Positions 39,652 through 52,527 are shown, counted from the stretch's first letter. The stretch: 64,000 nt of DNA from Azolla caroliniana (GCA_043228905.1 JBHGNT010000014.1:13640001-13704000); one strand, 5' to 3'. The notes: a model not told the origin generated them from the letters alone. Numbers and translations are program-made.

Positions 39652-42600
39652 TCATGTGTTCATGACACTATCCCTCCTTCGAGAACGCCGAGTGGAAGTC
39701 GCCGTTAACATTGTTGGGCCGGGCTTGTTTGGATAGTGACGATGGAAGTCGTTGACCAGAGCTTCAGCATTACAAACATTATCGATGGGTTCCCAAGTGC
39801 GATCACTCGGAGGATAACCAAGCCAATCAACTAGATAATAAAGCTTATTGCGCACAATCTTAGAATCGAGAATAGCAGCTACCTCGTATTCGGGGCCGTC
39901 CACAAGTTGTACAGAAGGCGGTGGTGGCACGACACAATCAGGAATTAAAGAGGTGTGGCAAGGTTCCAAAAGAGAGCTATGAAAGACAGGGTGAAGCTGC
40001 ATATGTGCAGGAAGGTTAAGACGAAATGTTGCATCATTAATCTGCGCCGTGATGACAAAAGGACCTAAGCGTTGATAGTCAAGCTTAGCACACGATCGGG
40101 TAGTCTTGATGTGACGACGAAGCAACCATACACGGTCACCAACCTTAAACGGAGACTTAAGACGATGTCGATCGGCATTGGTCTTATGGTGTGCTTGCGC
40201 TTTCTGAAGATGTGACGATAACTCGAACTGGATTTCTTGTAGTCGGTAGAGGTGATGCGCCGCACTAGGCTTTCGTGACACCTCGGGAAGATCCAGTATA
40301 CACCATCGAGGGTGGTTGCCGGTGTAGGCAAAGAAAGGTGTAACTTTGGTAGAAGAGTGGACCGTGTTGTTGTATGCAAACTCAGCAAGATGTAAAATTT
40401 TACTCCAATCATCTTGTTGATAACTAATGAAACATCGAAGATATTGCTCGAGTGTCTGATTTGTGCGCTCTGTTTGTCCGTCAGTTTGTGGATGATAAGC
40501 CGAAGAGAGTTTGCAAGAGATTTTGAGGCCTGCCCATAGGTGCTTCCAAAAGTGTGAGATAAATTGAGGACCTCGATCACTAATAATATCATTCGGGAGA
40601 CCATGATGGCGAAACACTTCACGCATAATGAGATCTGCAGTTTCTTCACTATTGATGGTCTTTACACATGGTACAAAATGTGCCATCTTGGTGAACCGAT
40701 CCACTACTGTTAAAATAGTATCAAAGCCTTTGGAAGGTGGCAGATCCGTAATGAAATCCATAGAAATAGACTGTCATGGCTTGTTGGGAGGGGGTAATGG
40801 TTGTAGTAAGCCATAAGGGTGATGCCGGGGTATTTTGGCGCGACAGCAGGTGTCACAAGTGCGAACATAATCTTCGACAAATTTTTGCAAGTGAGGCCAC
40901 CAAAACGAACGTTTCACCAGCTCAATGGTCTTGGAAATACCAAAATGTCCAGCCATGGGGGCATCATGACAATGTTCCAACACTTGAAGTCGGGGTGATC
41001 CGTCGGGGACGTAAAGGAGATTCTTGTAGAAGAGTAAACCATCTTGCCACTTGAAGTCCTGATAATGTTGAGATGACCCTAGCAATGTGGAGCAAGATGG
41101 ATGACTTGAACCACAGTGGGCTAAGACATCCTTAGCAAAATCATCCGAATGAAGTTGTTGCCGAATAGTGTCAAGAAGGGTAGAATCAAGTGGTGTGGCA
41201 TAAATTGTTGTTACCTATAGCTTTGATGGCCCGAGGAGAGTTTGCTTTTGATTGTCAAAGGCTGGATCTCCAGGTCGAAGTGCTAGATACGAACGCCGAG
41301 ACAGAGCATCTGCTTTCCCTTGTTGTTTTCCGGGGCGAAAAATGATCTTGAAATCGAAACGCGTTAGAAATTGGGCCCACCGAGCTTGTCGTCTATTTAA
41401 TACTCGAGCTGTTTGAAAATATGTGAGATTTTTGTGATCACTATAAATGATAATCTGATGAGGTGATCCTTCTAGAAAATAACACCATTGCTCGAATGAG
41501 TCGACCATAGCTAGTAACTCCTTGTCATACACCTCATAGTTTATCTCCGAAACAGTAAACTTTCTCGAGTGAAACGCGACTGGATGTATCTGCCCGTCCT
41601 CGCCTGGTTGCGATAGGATACTCCCCAATGCAAAGTCTGATGCATCCGCCTCAATAGTAAATGGCTTTTCAGGATCAATATGTGCTAGGATGGGTGCTGA
41701 TGTGAATGCCTCTTTTAGCTGCGTAAAAGCCTTGTCTGCTTCGATACTCCAAAAAAATGCTTGATTTTTCTTGGTGAGTTGAGTAAGGGGCAACACAATG
41801 CTTGAATAATTATGTATGAATTTGCGATAGAAGTTCGCAAATCCGAGGAAACACTGGACATCCCGAACTGAGCATGGGGGTTTCCATTCCAATATTGTTT
41901 GGACTTTTGCCGGGTCCATGAAAACACCCTGGGATGAAATAGTGTATCCCAAAAATTCGACTTGTTTGCAATCAAAACTGCATTTCTCAAGTTTGGCGTA
42001 AAGACCATACTTCCTTAGGCGTTCAAGTACTTGCCGCACATGTATATCATGCTCCCCCTGTGTTTTAGAGTAAATCAATAGATCATCTAGGTAGATGATT
42101 AGAAAAATATCCAAGAAATCCCAGAAGATGTCATTTGCCATATGTTGGAATACGGCAGGTGCATTTGTGAGCCCGAAAGGCATGACTGTATACTCGAAAT
42201 GACCATACCGAGTACGAAATGCTGTTTTCCACTCATCTCCCGGCCGAATTCGAACAAGATTATATGCACCCCTTAGATCAATTTTGGTAAAATGCTTTGC
42301 CCCACCAATGCGTTCTAAGAGATTGGAGATTAAAGGTAAAGCATACCTATTCCTTATGGTGACTTTATTTAAGCCTCGATAGTCCACGACCAAACGAAGG
42401 GAGCCGTCCTTTTTCTTCACAATAAAGATAGGAGCACCAGCTGGAGACTTTGAATGTCGAATAAACCCATGTGCAAGTTTTTCCTCGATGTATTCTCGAA
42501 GAACCTCAAGCTCAGTGGGTGATAAATTGTAAATCGGACCCCACGGAGGCTCTTTTCCTGGTTGGAGATCAATAGGACAGTCGTACGGCCGATGCTTTGG

Positions 42601-43170
42601 AAGAACACTATCTTTGACTTTGTCGAAAACATCAGCATAGTCTTGATATTTTTTGGGAATTTGGATGTCTGAATTCCCTTGAGTGACACTAGAAGGTGTC
42701 ACTGATACTGCAAATAAGAAAAGGTCCTCCTTGCCTCCCACTTGGTGCAATTGTTGCAATGTGATGGCTGAAATTTGATGAGAAGGATATGGTGCATCGG
42801 TAGAACTATATACTTTGGGAGGATAATCCCGAGTTCGATCCTTGACAATGATATTTTCTGCTAAAGGGCACCTAATTTCTCGCTTCCTCCAATCGATTCT
42901 AGGGTTATGTAGCTCGAACCATGGCAAACCGAGGACAATTGGGTGCTCAGGACTACGGATTATGTTAAAGGAAACTACACATCCTAAATCACCCAAGAGT
43001 ATGTGTATTGGCTCAGACTCTTCAAATATCTTCCCGGAAGCTATGGGGCGTCCATCAATCACTACTACGGAAACTGGACAAGGAAGTGTATGCAAGGATA
43101 TTTGATGTTTTTGGGAAAAATCTCTATCCATGAAACAAGAATTGGCTCCAGTATCTAAGAGGGCTTCAGG
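39652..43170 (-). pseudogene. Chromovirus pol: PR-RT-RH-INT-chromodomain in one frame with two stops
   Basis: LLDTGAN, YLDD, DASDFALG, HDAPMAGH..CDTC, SDRGPQF, EYEVAAILDS..YLVDWLGY..TWEP; stops at 41215-41217 and 40774-40776. Confidence 0.95.
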
Positions 43171-43273
43171 ACTTGAAGTTGACAACTGGGTGTCCTAACT
43201 TGTACTAGGGTTGAGAAGACTCTACTAACATGCTTGGTGTTGATTCGAATTGATTTGAGAATACATGTATGCG

Positions 43274-43382
43274 CTTATTTATAGGTTCCTATAGAATAGC
43301 TTAGAGATTTCTAGAATGTTCTAGAATGTTCTAGACCTAGAATGCTCTAGGACATTCTAGAACATTCTAGAATAATCTAGAG
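43274..43382 (-). promoter_or_regulatory. Heat-shock-element array plus TATA box in the 5' LTR of D
   Basis: Same array from 43309, with an extra 10-bp unit (TTCtaGAAcaTTCtaGAA). Confidence 0.75.
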
Positions 43383-46300
43383 TTTTTACAATAATCAATG
43401 TAATACAAGAAGTAGCTTTTATTGTTTCATATAGCAATAAGCTATCTTAATGGTTGACGTTTTCAAGTATGAATTACAACGTTCGAGGTTTAAGTCCGGG
43501 TGACGCCATAATGGTCATGTGTTCATGACAGGTGCGAGGTTCCCCATCCGTTTCGGGGCGAAGGTATTGAGTGAGCAGTAGTGAGGATATGCCCAAGTTA
43601 AACACGAACTCTGGGGTATCGTTTCGGCAGTCAAGGCCGACAAAGACTATCTAATCAGGACAGAGGTAATAATCGAGATGGACTGCCTAACTATCCTAGG
43701 TATGGTTTTCCTTATGCATGACTCCGGACCTAGCTATGCTCAGGTGGATCACGTACCTCAAGTCCCTGAATCCGGAGATAGGGCACATCTCTGGGAAAGA
43801 CAACACCATGGCCGATATGCTTTTGAGAGCGCGGTTCAACGATGATTACGGCATGGTCTCCGAAGACGAAGAAGTCGGCGTAGACTTATTCGAGTCGGCT
43901 CACATAACGGCAAGGGAGGGCAGCCCTCCGACACTCAGTGAGTTCAACGAGAACAAGTACAACGGGGAGTGGCTTCAGATCGGGAGGTTCCTAAAAACAT
44001 TAACGCCGGACGCAGAATGGACGAAGGACGAGGCGAACAGGATTTGGAAGAAGGTGTATCGGTTCTTCCTGCGGAATGGGAGTATATGGAGGCACCCGAA
44101 GAAGCGTAACGGCATTCCACTCTGCATAGTAGTGAGGAGGGAAAAGCAGAAGGCATTGTTGTCGGCGTATCACGAAAGTCCTTGGGCCGGACTCTGCGGG
44201 ATGTGGGCCATGTTTGAGAAGCTGATGGAGAAATATTGGTGTTCATGGATGTATCGGGATGCACACCAGTTCTTGATGACCTGCGAGACCTGGAAGATGC
44301 ATTCCACGATCTGGCACAGAGACGAGTTGCGCCTGACCTACTCGATGACCGTCCATTTCAAATGGATGGTGGACTTAGTGACGATGCCGATGGGGATGGG
44401 GCAGATGCGGTATTTGGTGCTTGCGCGAGAAGACCTGACGAACCAGGTGGAGGGTCGTGCGCTGTAGAACAAGATGACTACGGCCATGTGCCGGTTCCTG
44501 ATCGAAGATGTGATTTGCCCGTACGGTTACATAGGGAAGATCGTGGCTGACCGGGGAGAGCTAGACACGCAAGAGGCCGAAGAGTTGTTCGGCTGGTTAG
44601 GGGTAAAACTCTCCCTCACTACGGCATACAATCCGGAGGTGAACGGGAAGATAGAGTGCAGACACGGGCCGATCGTAAAGACGTTAGTACGCGTGTGCAA
44701 ATGGCAAGTTGGGAATTGGTCATGGCTCCTACCTTATGCATTGTACGCGGACCGAACTACGGACAGCTCGGTGACAAGGTTCATGCCGGCAGAGTTGATG
44801 TATGGGCAGAAGCCGATCATGCCGATGGAGCAGATGATTTCTTTATGTGCAGCAATCGACTGGGTGGACAAAATGAGCAGGGAGGAGTGATTGAAGGCAC
44901 GGATTCGCCAGCTCGAGCGAAGTCCGGAGGACGTGGAATGGACAAAGGCGAAATTGTACAAGGCATGGAAGAAGAACAAGGACCGGTTCGACCAAACACA
45001 CTGGCAAAGACCGAAGAAGATCGAGGAAGGCGACTGCGTGTTAGTTTACGACAACAGCCTTGACAACCAACATAAGGCAAGAGGTGGTTCGGGCCCTATT
45101 GGTGACGAGAGTGAAAGACAATGCCACATACCATCTCGCCAAGCTCAACGGAACACGGATGGTGGTACTGGTTGCGGGAAAATGGATCAAGGCATTCAAG
45201 AAACAGTGCAAGGACGAGACGGAGCCGGGTTGCGAAGACAAGAATGACGGCCAGGAAAAAGTGGACGAAGACGGGAAGGTCGACGAATCGGAGGACGACG
45301 AGTGACAAATGGCCGATTCTTCCCCATCTCTCCCTCTCTCTGTCTCTCTCTGTCTCGGCACATCCCGGTGGACGTGCGGTTTGGTGGGAGTGGATGTTGT
45401 GGGGAAAACCGGCTACAAGAAGAAACAGAGACCAAAGGCATGTGAACCATAGTGTGCACGGATGCACGCTAATTATAAAGTATGTTTGTAAATAACAGAG
45501 GACTAGTCTAGGTTGCCGTGACGTAGGAAAACTTTAATAGGACGAATAAATCTAGGCGAATCTCTTTCCGAAACGGCAGAGAATAACTACTTGATGTAAC
45601 AACCCCCAAGCAGAGGGGGGTTTTAGGAGAACGAAGTGTTGCCGAACTGGGAACCGGGCGCTGTTCTCTGTTTCATTCTCTGTAGGAGTTCTTTACCAGA
45701 CGCCTCTCTTCGTGCAAGAAGCCCGTGTGCTCCCGACAAAGGCTCCACATTGTATCTCAAAGTTGGGGTGTGTGCGTTGTTGGCTGAGTCGTGACTCGGC
45801 TACCGACATGCCGGTTGTAACCTGTCCTTAATTGATTGTGGTTCCCTTTTCCCTTGTAATTTTCTCTCGCGTCGTTCTAGTTTCATTGAGCCAAACGAGC
45901 TCTGTGTTCGCGGCACCCAACTTCTTGCACGATACGCGTTCGTTGTTTCTGTCACTGTTCTTCTCACGCTCTTTGGTCCAGGACCCCTACGACCCCGCCT
46001 TCGTTTCTCACGCATACGCATATTTACGCGACACCGGTCCGACTCTACGTTCTGGATACCAATCCGGATCCAGTTGAGCTTGTCGCTCAACACTCCCCCT
46101 CAAGCTCAACTTGAGGTAAGATCATTGTGAGTGTCCACTAGTCCTTTCCTTCTGGCGTCTTCCCGCCTTGCTCGTGCTCCTTGACTCGTCTGGTTCCGCT
46201 TCCCACGACTCGTCCGGCCCCGTGCACCTCAACCTTTTGATTAGCTTGTCTTCTCATAAGGCCTCTCTGAGCTCCTTCGCTGTTGCGACTCCAATGCTTC

Positions 46301-49168
46301 TCGCCCGTTGGTTCCTCCGTGACATTGTCGACTTCCGCTGCCTTCTCGTCCATTTGGCCTTCAGTTGATCCGGCTTCTCCAAATCCAACACCTCTTCTAA
46401 ATCGGGTGCCTCTGATTCATTCCAGCTCTTGTCTGAATTGCCTATCTCCAATTCCTCCTCAATCTTCAGGCCCATTACCACATCAGACCGCGTCCGAAAA
46501 ATATTGCAACTTGTTTAGGCTGAGAGGTTTGGTGAAGATGTAGGTAGTATGCCGATCCATCAGAACATACACACGTTCGACTTCACCAGAGAGGGGACAC
46601 TCATGGACAAAATGGTAGTGCACCTCAATGTGCTTGGTTCGGGCGTGAAAACGAGGTTCTTCGCCAGCTTGATGCTGTTGAGGTTGTCACAGTAGATCGT
46701 CGTCAGATCAGACATCTCCACTTGCAGATCCTTCAATAATTGTTTGAGCCAAATGGCTTCGCACATTGCAACAATTACTCCTCGGTACTCGGCCTCGGTG
46801 TTCGACAGTGCTACTATCAGTTGCTTCTTACTGCTCTAGCCAACCGCGGCAGTCTAGAAGTTGACCTTCAATCGCCAGCGTTTCCGGCCCAATCGGCATC
46901 TGTATAACCAACAAGTTGTCCAGCTACACCGGTCCAATACAACAACCCCCTATCTTTAGTGCCACTAACAACCCTGAGTAATCGGTGCGCGCACTGAAGG
47001 TGCTCCCTGGTTGGATGCGCCATAAATTGACTAATCAGTTTGACCGGATTGCTAGGATCCGGTCGGGTGATGGTCAGATATATTGGGCTTCCAACTATTT
47101 GTTGGAACCTTTCCGGGTCACATTCCATTCTGAAGCTTCACATTCCTATCCAGAGGAGTTGAGACGAACTTGCATTCCGTCATACCAAATTTAAAAAGTA
47201 TACTCAACACATAGTGGCGTTGACTAATCAATATGCCTTCTGGGGTGTGTATCACTTCGATCTTGAGGAAGTAATGAAGGTCCCCAAGATCCTTCATGTC
47301 AAATGATGCCACGAGGTCGGACTTGACGCAGTCAATTTCGTCTAGGTCGGCGTCGGCGATGACTAAATCATCAACATAAAGCAAAATGCTTACGGGTCCG
47401 TTCCGACCTCACTGAATGAATAGGGAAGAGTCCGACTTTGACATGGCAAACCCCATCCAACGTAGTCACTCCATGATCGACATGCACTATCGGTTGAGGA
47501 GTGTCGTCTCCGGTTTCGATAACTATTGGTTGCTTCGGCTTTTCCAGAAACAAGAACCGCTCTTCATGACTAGTCATGTGGTTAGATGCTCCGGAGTCAA
47601 CGTAGCACACTTCCTCCGATCCGGAAGTGGTCTTCTTCATCGAGTTTGCCTTGTGTTTCATCATAAAGACTGGCCCTTTACCAATCTTTCTGGTCCCGGA
47701 TCGTTTTGATCCTTCAACGTAGTGCGAGATTTGCCGGTTCCCTTGTGTAGTCTTGCCGGATCCGGATTTATCTTAATCGGTGCGCTTCTTCTAGCACTTG
47801 CTCTCCTAATTGGCCTTTCTTGCCCCAGTACCAACATTTCGCGTCAGCCTTCCTTTGCCAATTTCCGGCGTCATTTTGACTCCTATTTTTAGAGGTTCCA
47901 GAATTATTGTCGACACCATCTTTGTGCCTCTCATTCTGCTCTTGTCGGCCGCCTGCATTGCACGTCAATCTTCCTCGACCGCCATGACCACGGGGCCTCT
48001 CTATCTTTGTGTACAAAATCTTGTTGTCGGTGTGTGAGCTCGTAGATGCACCCGCGTGGTTCTCTTCTACAAGGAGAATCGACTGTAAGGCGAAAAACGA
48101 GGGTGTATTCTTCCTTGGACATACCACATGCCGGAATGGTCCGAACTTCGACGCCAGGCCCTTGAGACAGACTTGCACCATCTCATCTTCCTCGACAGTC
48201 ATGTTGATGGAGGCAAGCGAGTCACAGATGTCTTCGATCCGGGCCGTGTAGTCTATCACCGACATGTCCTTCTATCGGATATTGCTCAACTTCTGTCGAA
48301 GTTGCAGCTTCCGAGCCGTGGTGCTTGCAGTGAAGACCTTTTCCAAGTTTCCCAAAGTTTCCTTTGGCATCTTGGCATCCTGGATATGGCTGAGGAGCTT
48401 ATCACTAACATTGGACGCGAAGCAGTGCATTACCCTACTTGCCGCTTGTTCCCAAGCCGGAAAGTCCATGTGTGCCGCATCAGGTGTCGTATCGTTAGCT
48501 ACGTCGATGTAACTCCAGTAGCCATGGCCGACCATGTACTGGTGCATCTTGTATGACCATGATGCATAGTTGGATCTGTCGAGCTTCTCCGTCGGGAACA
48601 AGCTAGCCAGTCCTCGGTCCATTCTCTCGTTCCTATTCTTTACCAGGTATTAGGGTTTGTCTGTGAGCATCACTCGTCGACAGGAGAGGATTCTCAACCC
48701 TCGCGCTCTGATACCATATAAACGAAAGCGTGTGGAAGCTAAGACAAAACAGGCTAGTCCGAATAATAGCAGAACACAGAACGAAGTTTTAATGGAAAGC
48801 TTGAATACATGGGAGAGATAGAGATAGCAGAACAGTAAACTCAATTCAAAATAATAACACTCTGTGCATATGAATGTCCTACATAACACGTTTTATACAT
48901 GTCCTTAAAAGGACTAACAGAAGTACTGACAAGTACTTCAATGCTCACACAAGCGACTGACACTAACTCCAAGGAATATGGCTACGTACTAGGCTCGGAC
49001 CGTAGGCTCCAACGGCCTACCGGTTCTCACTATTCCATACTACTATCCTGTTCTCCGGTTCGGCTCTAGGTTTCACATGTTGATCCGACTCTAGGTTCCG
49101 AATACCAATTCGGATCTGGCTTATTCAGCCGATCTGGATCCAATTGAGCTTGCCCGCTCAACAAGGTA

Positions 49169-51345
49169 TATATAAATCTCATGTGCAAGGATGCACATGT
49201 GTGAGGAGAGTATAGGTACAAAGGTGTAATTCCTATATTAAATGAACATGTGAGTAGGGGATCTAGAATGTATCCCACTCAAGTACAAAATCCTATTTAA
49301 GGCTTTAAGGTTAACGCACTAACTAGATTCTATCTAGGTAACTACTAAGTTACGTGGTTAACTAAATTCCTAAACTAAGTTGAGCTTGATATCTCAGCAT
49401 GTCCCCTCAAGCTCAAGTGTGAGGTGTATGATGTCCGGTTTGGCTTTCGGCTTCTGTCCGGTCTTCAGCTTTCTTCGGCCTTTCCGAGGCAGGTTCCATT
49501 CCTCCCCCTCAACCCTGTGACGAAGGCTTGTAGAGTTAAATAGTCGAAGGCCGAGTGCTTGCATCCATCGTAGGGCATGAGCCGCTTCTATAGAGCTCTC
49601 AGGATCTTTTTCGGCTGCTACCTTCATCACGAAGGCATAATGATGGGCCATATACTCGTTGCAACCGAGTCGAGTGACGGGTTCTTCTCTCTAGATGAGT
49701 GTTGAAGTTTTTCGCTCACCGATGTGAGCGCCTTTTTTACTCCGAGTGTCCGCATGATGGGTACACCAAACTAACTGTCTAGTGAGTGATCTGACACATC
49801 CAAATCATTGTCTTCGGGGTGTTCGACTTCGTATTCGGGCATCTTACCTTTTCTGTTGTCTGATCTCAGACTTGGTCGCGACGTGTTTTGGTCACTTAAA
49901 GGCTTATATGGTCCACTGAGCTTGGTAGAGCTTGGACGTTCCTTTGGTGAAGGACTTGGCCAAGTTGACGTTCAACTCTTCCTCGGTCGGGTCGGATGGA
50001 GCCGAATCGGGCTTATACCAAGATGTTGATTCGTTAAAGAATACATCTTGACTCACCCGAACCACTCGGGTCGAAGCATTTTTCTTGGACGAGTGTCCTA
50101 CGAGGATACATTTCTCCAACTTTGTGTCGAGCTTCTGTCATTTTCCATTCAGGATGTGTACATTCACAATGCTTCTGAACACTTTGAGGTGTGACAAGAT
50201 CGACATCTTTCCCAAATCCTTTGTTATTGTCGCACGTGCAAGACATTCTTAATGCAATTATTTTGGTCGCCATTGCTGAATGGAACGTTGTCAATGTGCC
50301 GAATGGAATGTGTGGTGTCGTCTCCCGTCTAAATGTAGTCGGGTTGATCCAGTGTTCTTAAGTCACAAAACCATTCTTGGTGTGATGTCATATGATGTGA
50401 GGCGCCGGGGTCAACGAAGCACGCGTCTTCCGAGTTGGAGGTCTGTGTGGAGTCGGAGGCCTTCATAGAGTTCACTCTATGTCTCATTACGAAGAGCCCA
50501 CCATAGTCTTTGTATTTGGAGTTGGTGACATAATTTGTAAATTGTCGGCTTGACGAAGCCAACTCACTTCTCTTCTTCCGACACTCCTCTTTACGATGCC
50601 TGATCTTCCCACAAAAGTTGCATGTAACTGGTATTGTTTGCCGATTTTGTTCAGCATTGAAGCTCCCCCTTCTTCCAAAGGTTCCTCGATGGCTTTTGTC
50701 TTGTTGTCGAAGGTTTGAGTTCCCTTTGTGAGATGGGTCGAATCGACCTCTTCTACCGCCTTGACCTCGTCCTCGGCCACCATCCAAATTCGAAAAGAAC
50801 ATTTATCCTTCCGACATCTTTGTCTTGGTTCGGACGTGGTTCTCTTCAACCAATAACATAGAACGAAGAAGGTTTTTCTCTCGCTAAGATAGCCGTCCTA
50901 ATTGGGTTGAACCGATGTGCGAGGCTGCCCAACCATATATGAACCATCTCGTCTTCGTCGACGTTTACGTTGATGGAGGCAAGCAAGCCACAAATGCTCT
51001 TGATATTGGCGGTGTAGTCTGACACGAGAATATCTTTTTGTTGTATGTCGCTCAACTATTGCCGAAGTTGAAGCTTGCGGCCGAAAATCTTCTTTAAGTT
51101 TGCCCACGCATCTTTAGGTGTCTTGGCGTCTCGAATGTGGCTAAGCATGTGATCTTGGACACATGTTGCCAATCAATACATTACCTGACTCGCTCCTTGC
51201 TCCCACGTTGGGTAGCTGGTGTTTGTGATGTCGGGTTTGGTTTCGAGTGTGTCATTGATGTAGTTCCAACCTTGGCTTACTAGGTATTGGTTCATCTTGT
51301 ACTCCCAAGATGAATAATTGCTCCAGTTCAGCTTTTCACTAGTTT
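49169..51345 (-). mobile_element. Degenerate Copia element I (gag, PR, partial INT, PPT, LTR part 49169-49399), related to G
   Basis: EKLN.SNYSSWEYKMNQYL gag start near 51340; CNFCGKIRH..EEC knuckle; DPGASHHMT; PPT ~49401-49416. Confidence 0.85.
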
Positions 51346-51679
51346 CTTCGCATCTGTTGACTCTTCTTGGAGCCGTTTTGGTTGCTCCCTGGATGACTAG
51401 GTGTTGTCATTTGTGGTTGTCTAGGTCTCCTTCAGGCGGTCCTGTCGCAGGCTGGCCACTTTGAGTTTCAGTTTTTCGCGCCCCCTTATGGTGATATTGT
51501 CTTCTGGCTTTTGTGCCCTAGTATCGGTGGACGATCATGGCGTGGTGGGAGTTTGGACAGGCGTATCATCCTGCCATTCTTCTTGAGCTAACTGTAAAGC
51601 TTGTTGTCATTTCGCCTGGCTAGGCGGGGTAGGGCGGGGAGGGTGAGGGTTTGGTGGGGCGCGGTAGTGGATTGGGGGA

Positions 51680-52160
51680 CGTAAAGCACCAATAAGTAGT
51701 GTGCTAAGGTAGGCAAGAATTGTTTACCTGCCTGGAAAGTCGACAAGCCGGCGCGAACTCCTCCCCATGTGATGATTCCCCAATTGAGTGCATTGCCTCT
51801 CTAGACGGTGATGATTATTCTTGCCTTCTTCTGTGGCATGTTGTATGTGTTAGCGTGCAAGCATCCGAATTCCAAAAGAAATCTAGGGAGATTGCCAAAG
51901 AACTTGTTAGGGCCGCCTTGTGTGCGATATGCCTTTGCTGACACAGGGTACTCCCCGAAATAAGCTTCAAGGACGTTCTAACGCGGAGCGTCGATGTCAT
52001 TGTCCCCGCCTTGCTGTAGGCCAAACACTGACCGTATCTGGTCGTTGGTGATTTCCTGTGCCTCAGGGCGGGGGGTGCATCTACGACTTTGAGGTATCCG
52101 CCTAGGCCGTGCCTGTTCAACCAGATGCAGAGCTCCTTGGAAACTTCGAGCGGCATGGTT
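51680..52160 (-). pseudogene. Decayed ORF, possibly the extra ORF of an Athila/Tat-type retroelement
   Basis: Frame EITNDQIRSVFGL..YFGEY..LNWGII..LAHYLLVLY with stops; family assignment is by resemblance only. Confidence 0.35.
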
Positions 52161-52316
52161 AGCTCGAGAGATGATGTTGGTACTAGTATCAACAAAATCA
52201 CTCGGAATAACGAGAAGTATCCTCATCGGTTTCTCAATGTTTTACTTCTTTACAAAACGATTGTTACCGAAGTTACTCGCCAAAAATTTGTGATAGATAC
52301 GATCGATTATTACACC

Positions 52317-52387
52317 GAGGTAGGTCATAAGATAACTGGTAGGCACGGAAACAAAGGCATTGTGTCAAAGACCTTATCAAGATAGGA
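52317..52387 (+). pseudogene. rpoB: ~70-bp RNA polymerase beta subunit fragment (probably plastid-derived)
   Basis: [21 protein letters not shown] versus conserved [23 protein letters not shown]. Confidence 0.8.
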
Positions 52388-52527
52388 GTAAGAAGAGGTT
52401 TGAGAGTATTGAGGCTAAGAACGGGAGATCAAGAAGGCTTCTAAGTAGGGGGTGCGAGAACGAAAGAGCGAGAGAGCTTGAAGGCTATGTGCATCTGTGC
52501 GTGTGTGAGTGTTGTGCTTGTGGTTCC

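Larger units (their letters stand above)
39269..43530 (-). mobile_element. Chromovirus (Tcn1-like Ty3/Gypsy) element D, gag and PBS deleted
   Basis: 3' LTR 39269-39667, truncated 5' LTR 43235-43530, TSD GGTGC/GGTGC, PPT AGGAGGGATAG. Confidence 0.96.
21540..46033 (+). mobile_element. tRNA-Trp-primed Ty3/Gypsy element A (LTRs 21540-22130 and 45395-46033), degenerate, host of three nested LTR elements
   Basis: TG..CA LTR pair; TSD CCGG/CCGG; gag-PR 22180-24420, RT 30807-32092 (PFLDD), RH-INT 39119-39268 + 43536-45300. Confidence 0.93.
20784..49163 (-). mobile_element. Degenerate tandem (three-LTR) Ty1/Copia element G, expanded by nested insertions
   Basis: LTR1 48717-49163, PBS 48705-48716, gag/RT/RH remnants 46500-48622, PPT 46093-46104, shared LTR2 21209-21539 + 46038-46092, PBS 21197-21208, second gag 20795-21114, LTR3 stub TGTAAACGAA at 20784; TSD AGGTA. 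Confidence 0.85.

Noticed and set aside
52089-52385. RNA polymerase gene from a giant virus or bacterium
   Set aside because: Similarity covers only ~23 codons and no other viral or bacterial genes are nearby
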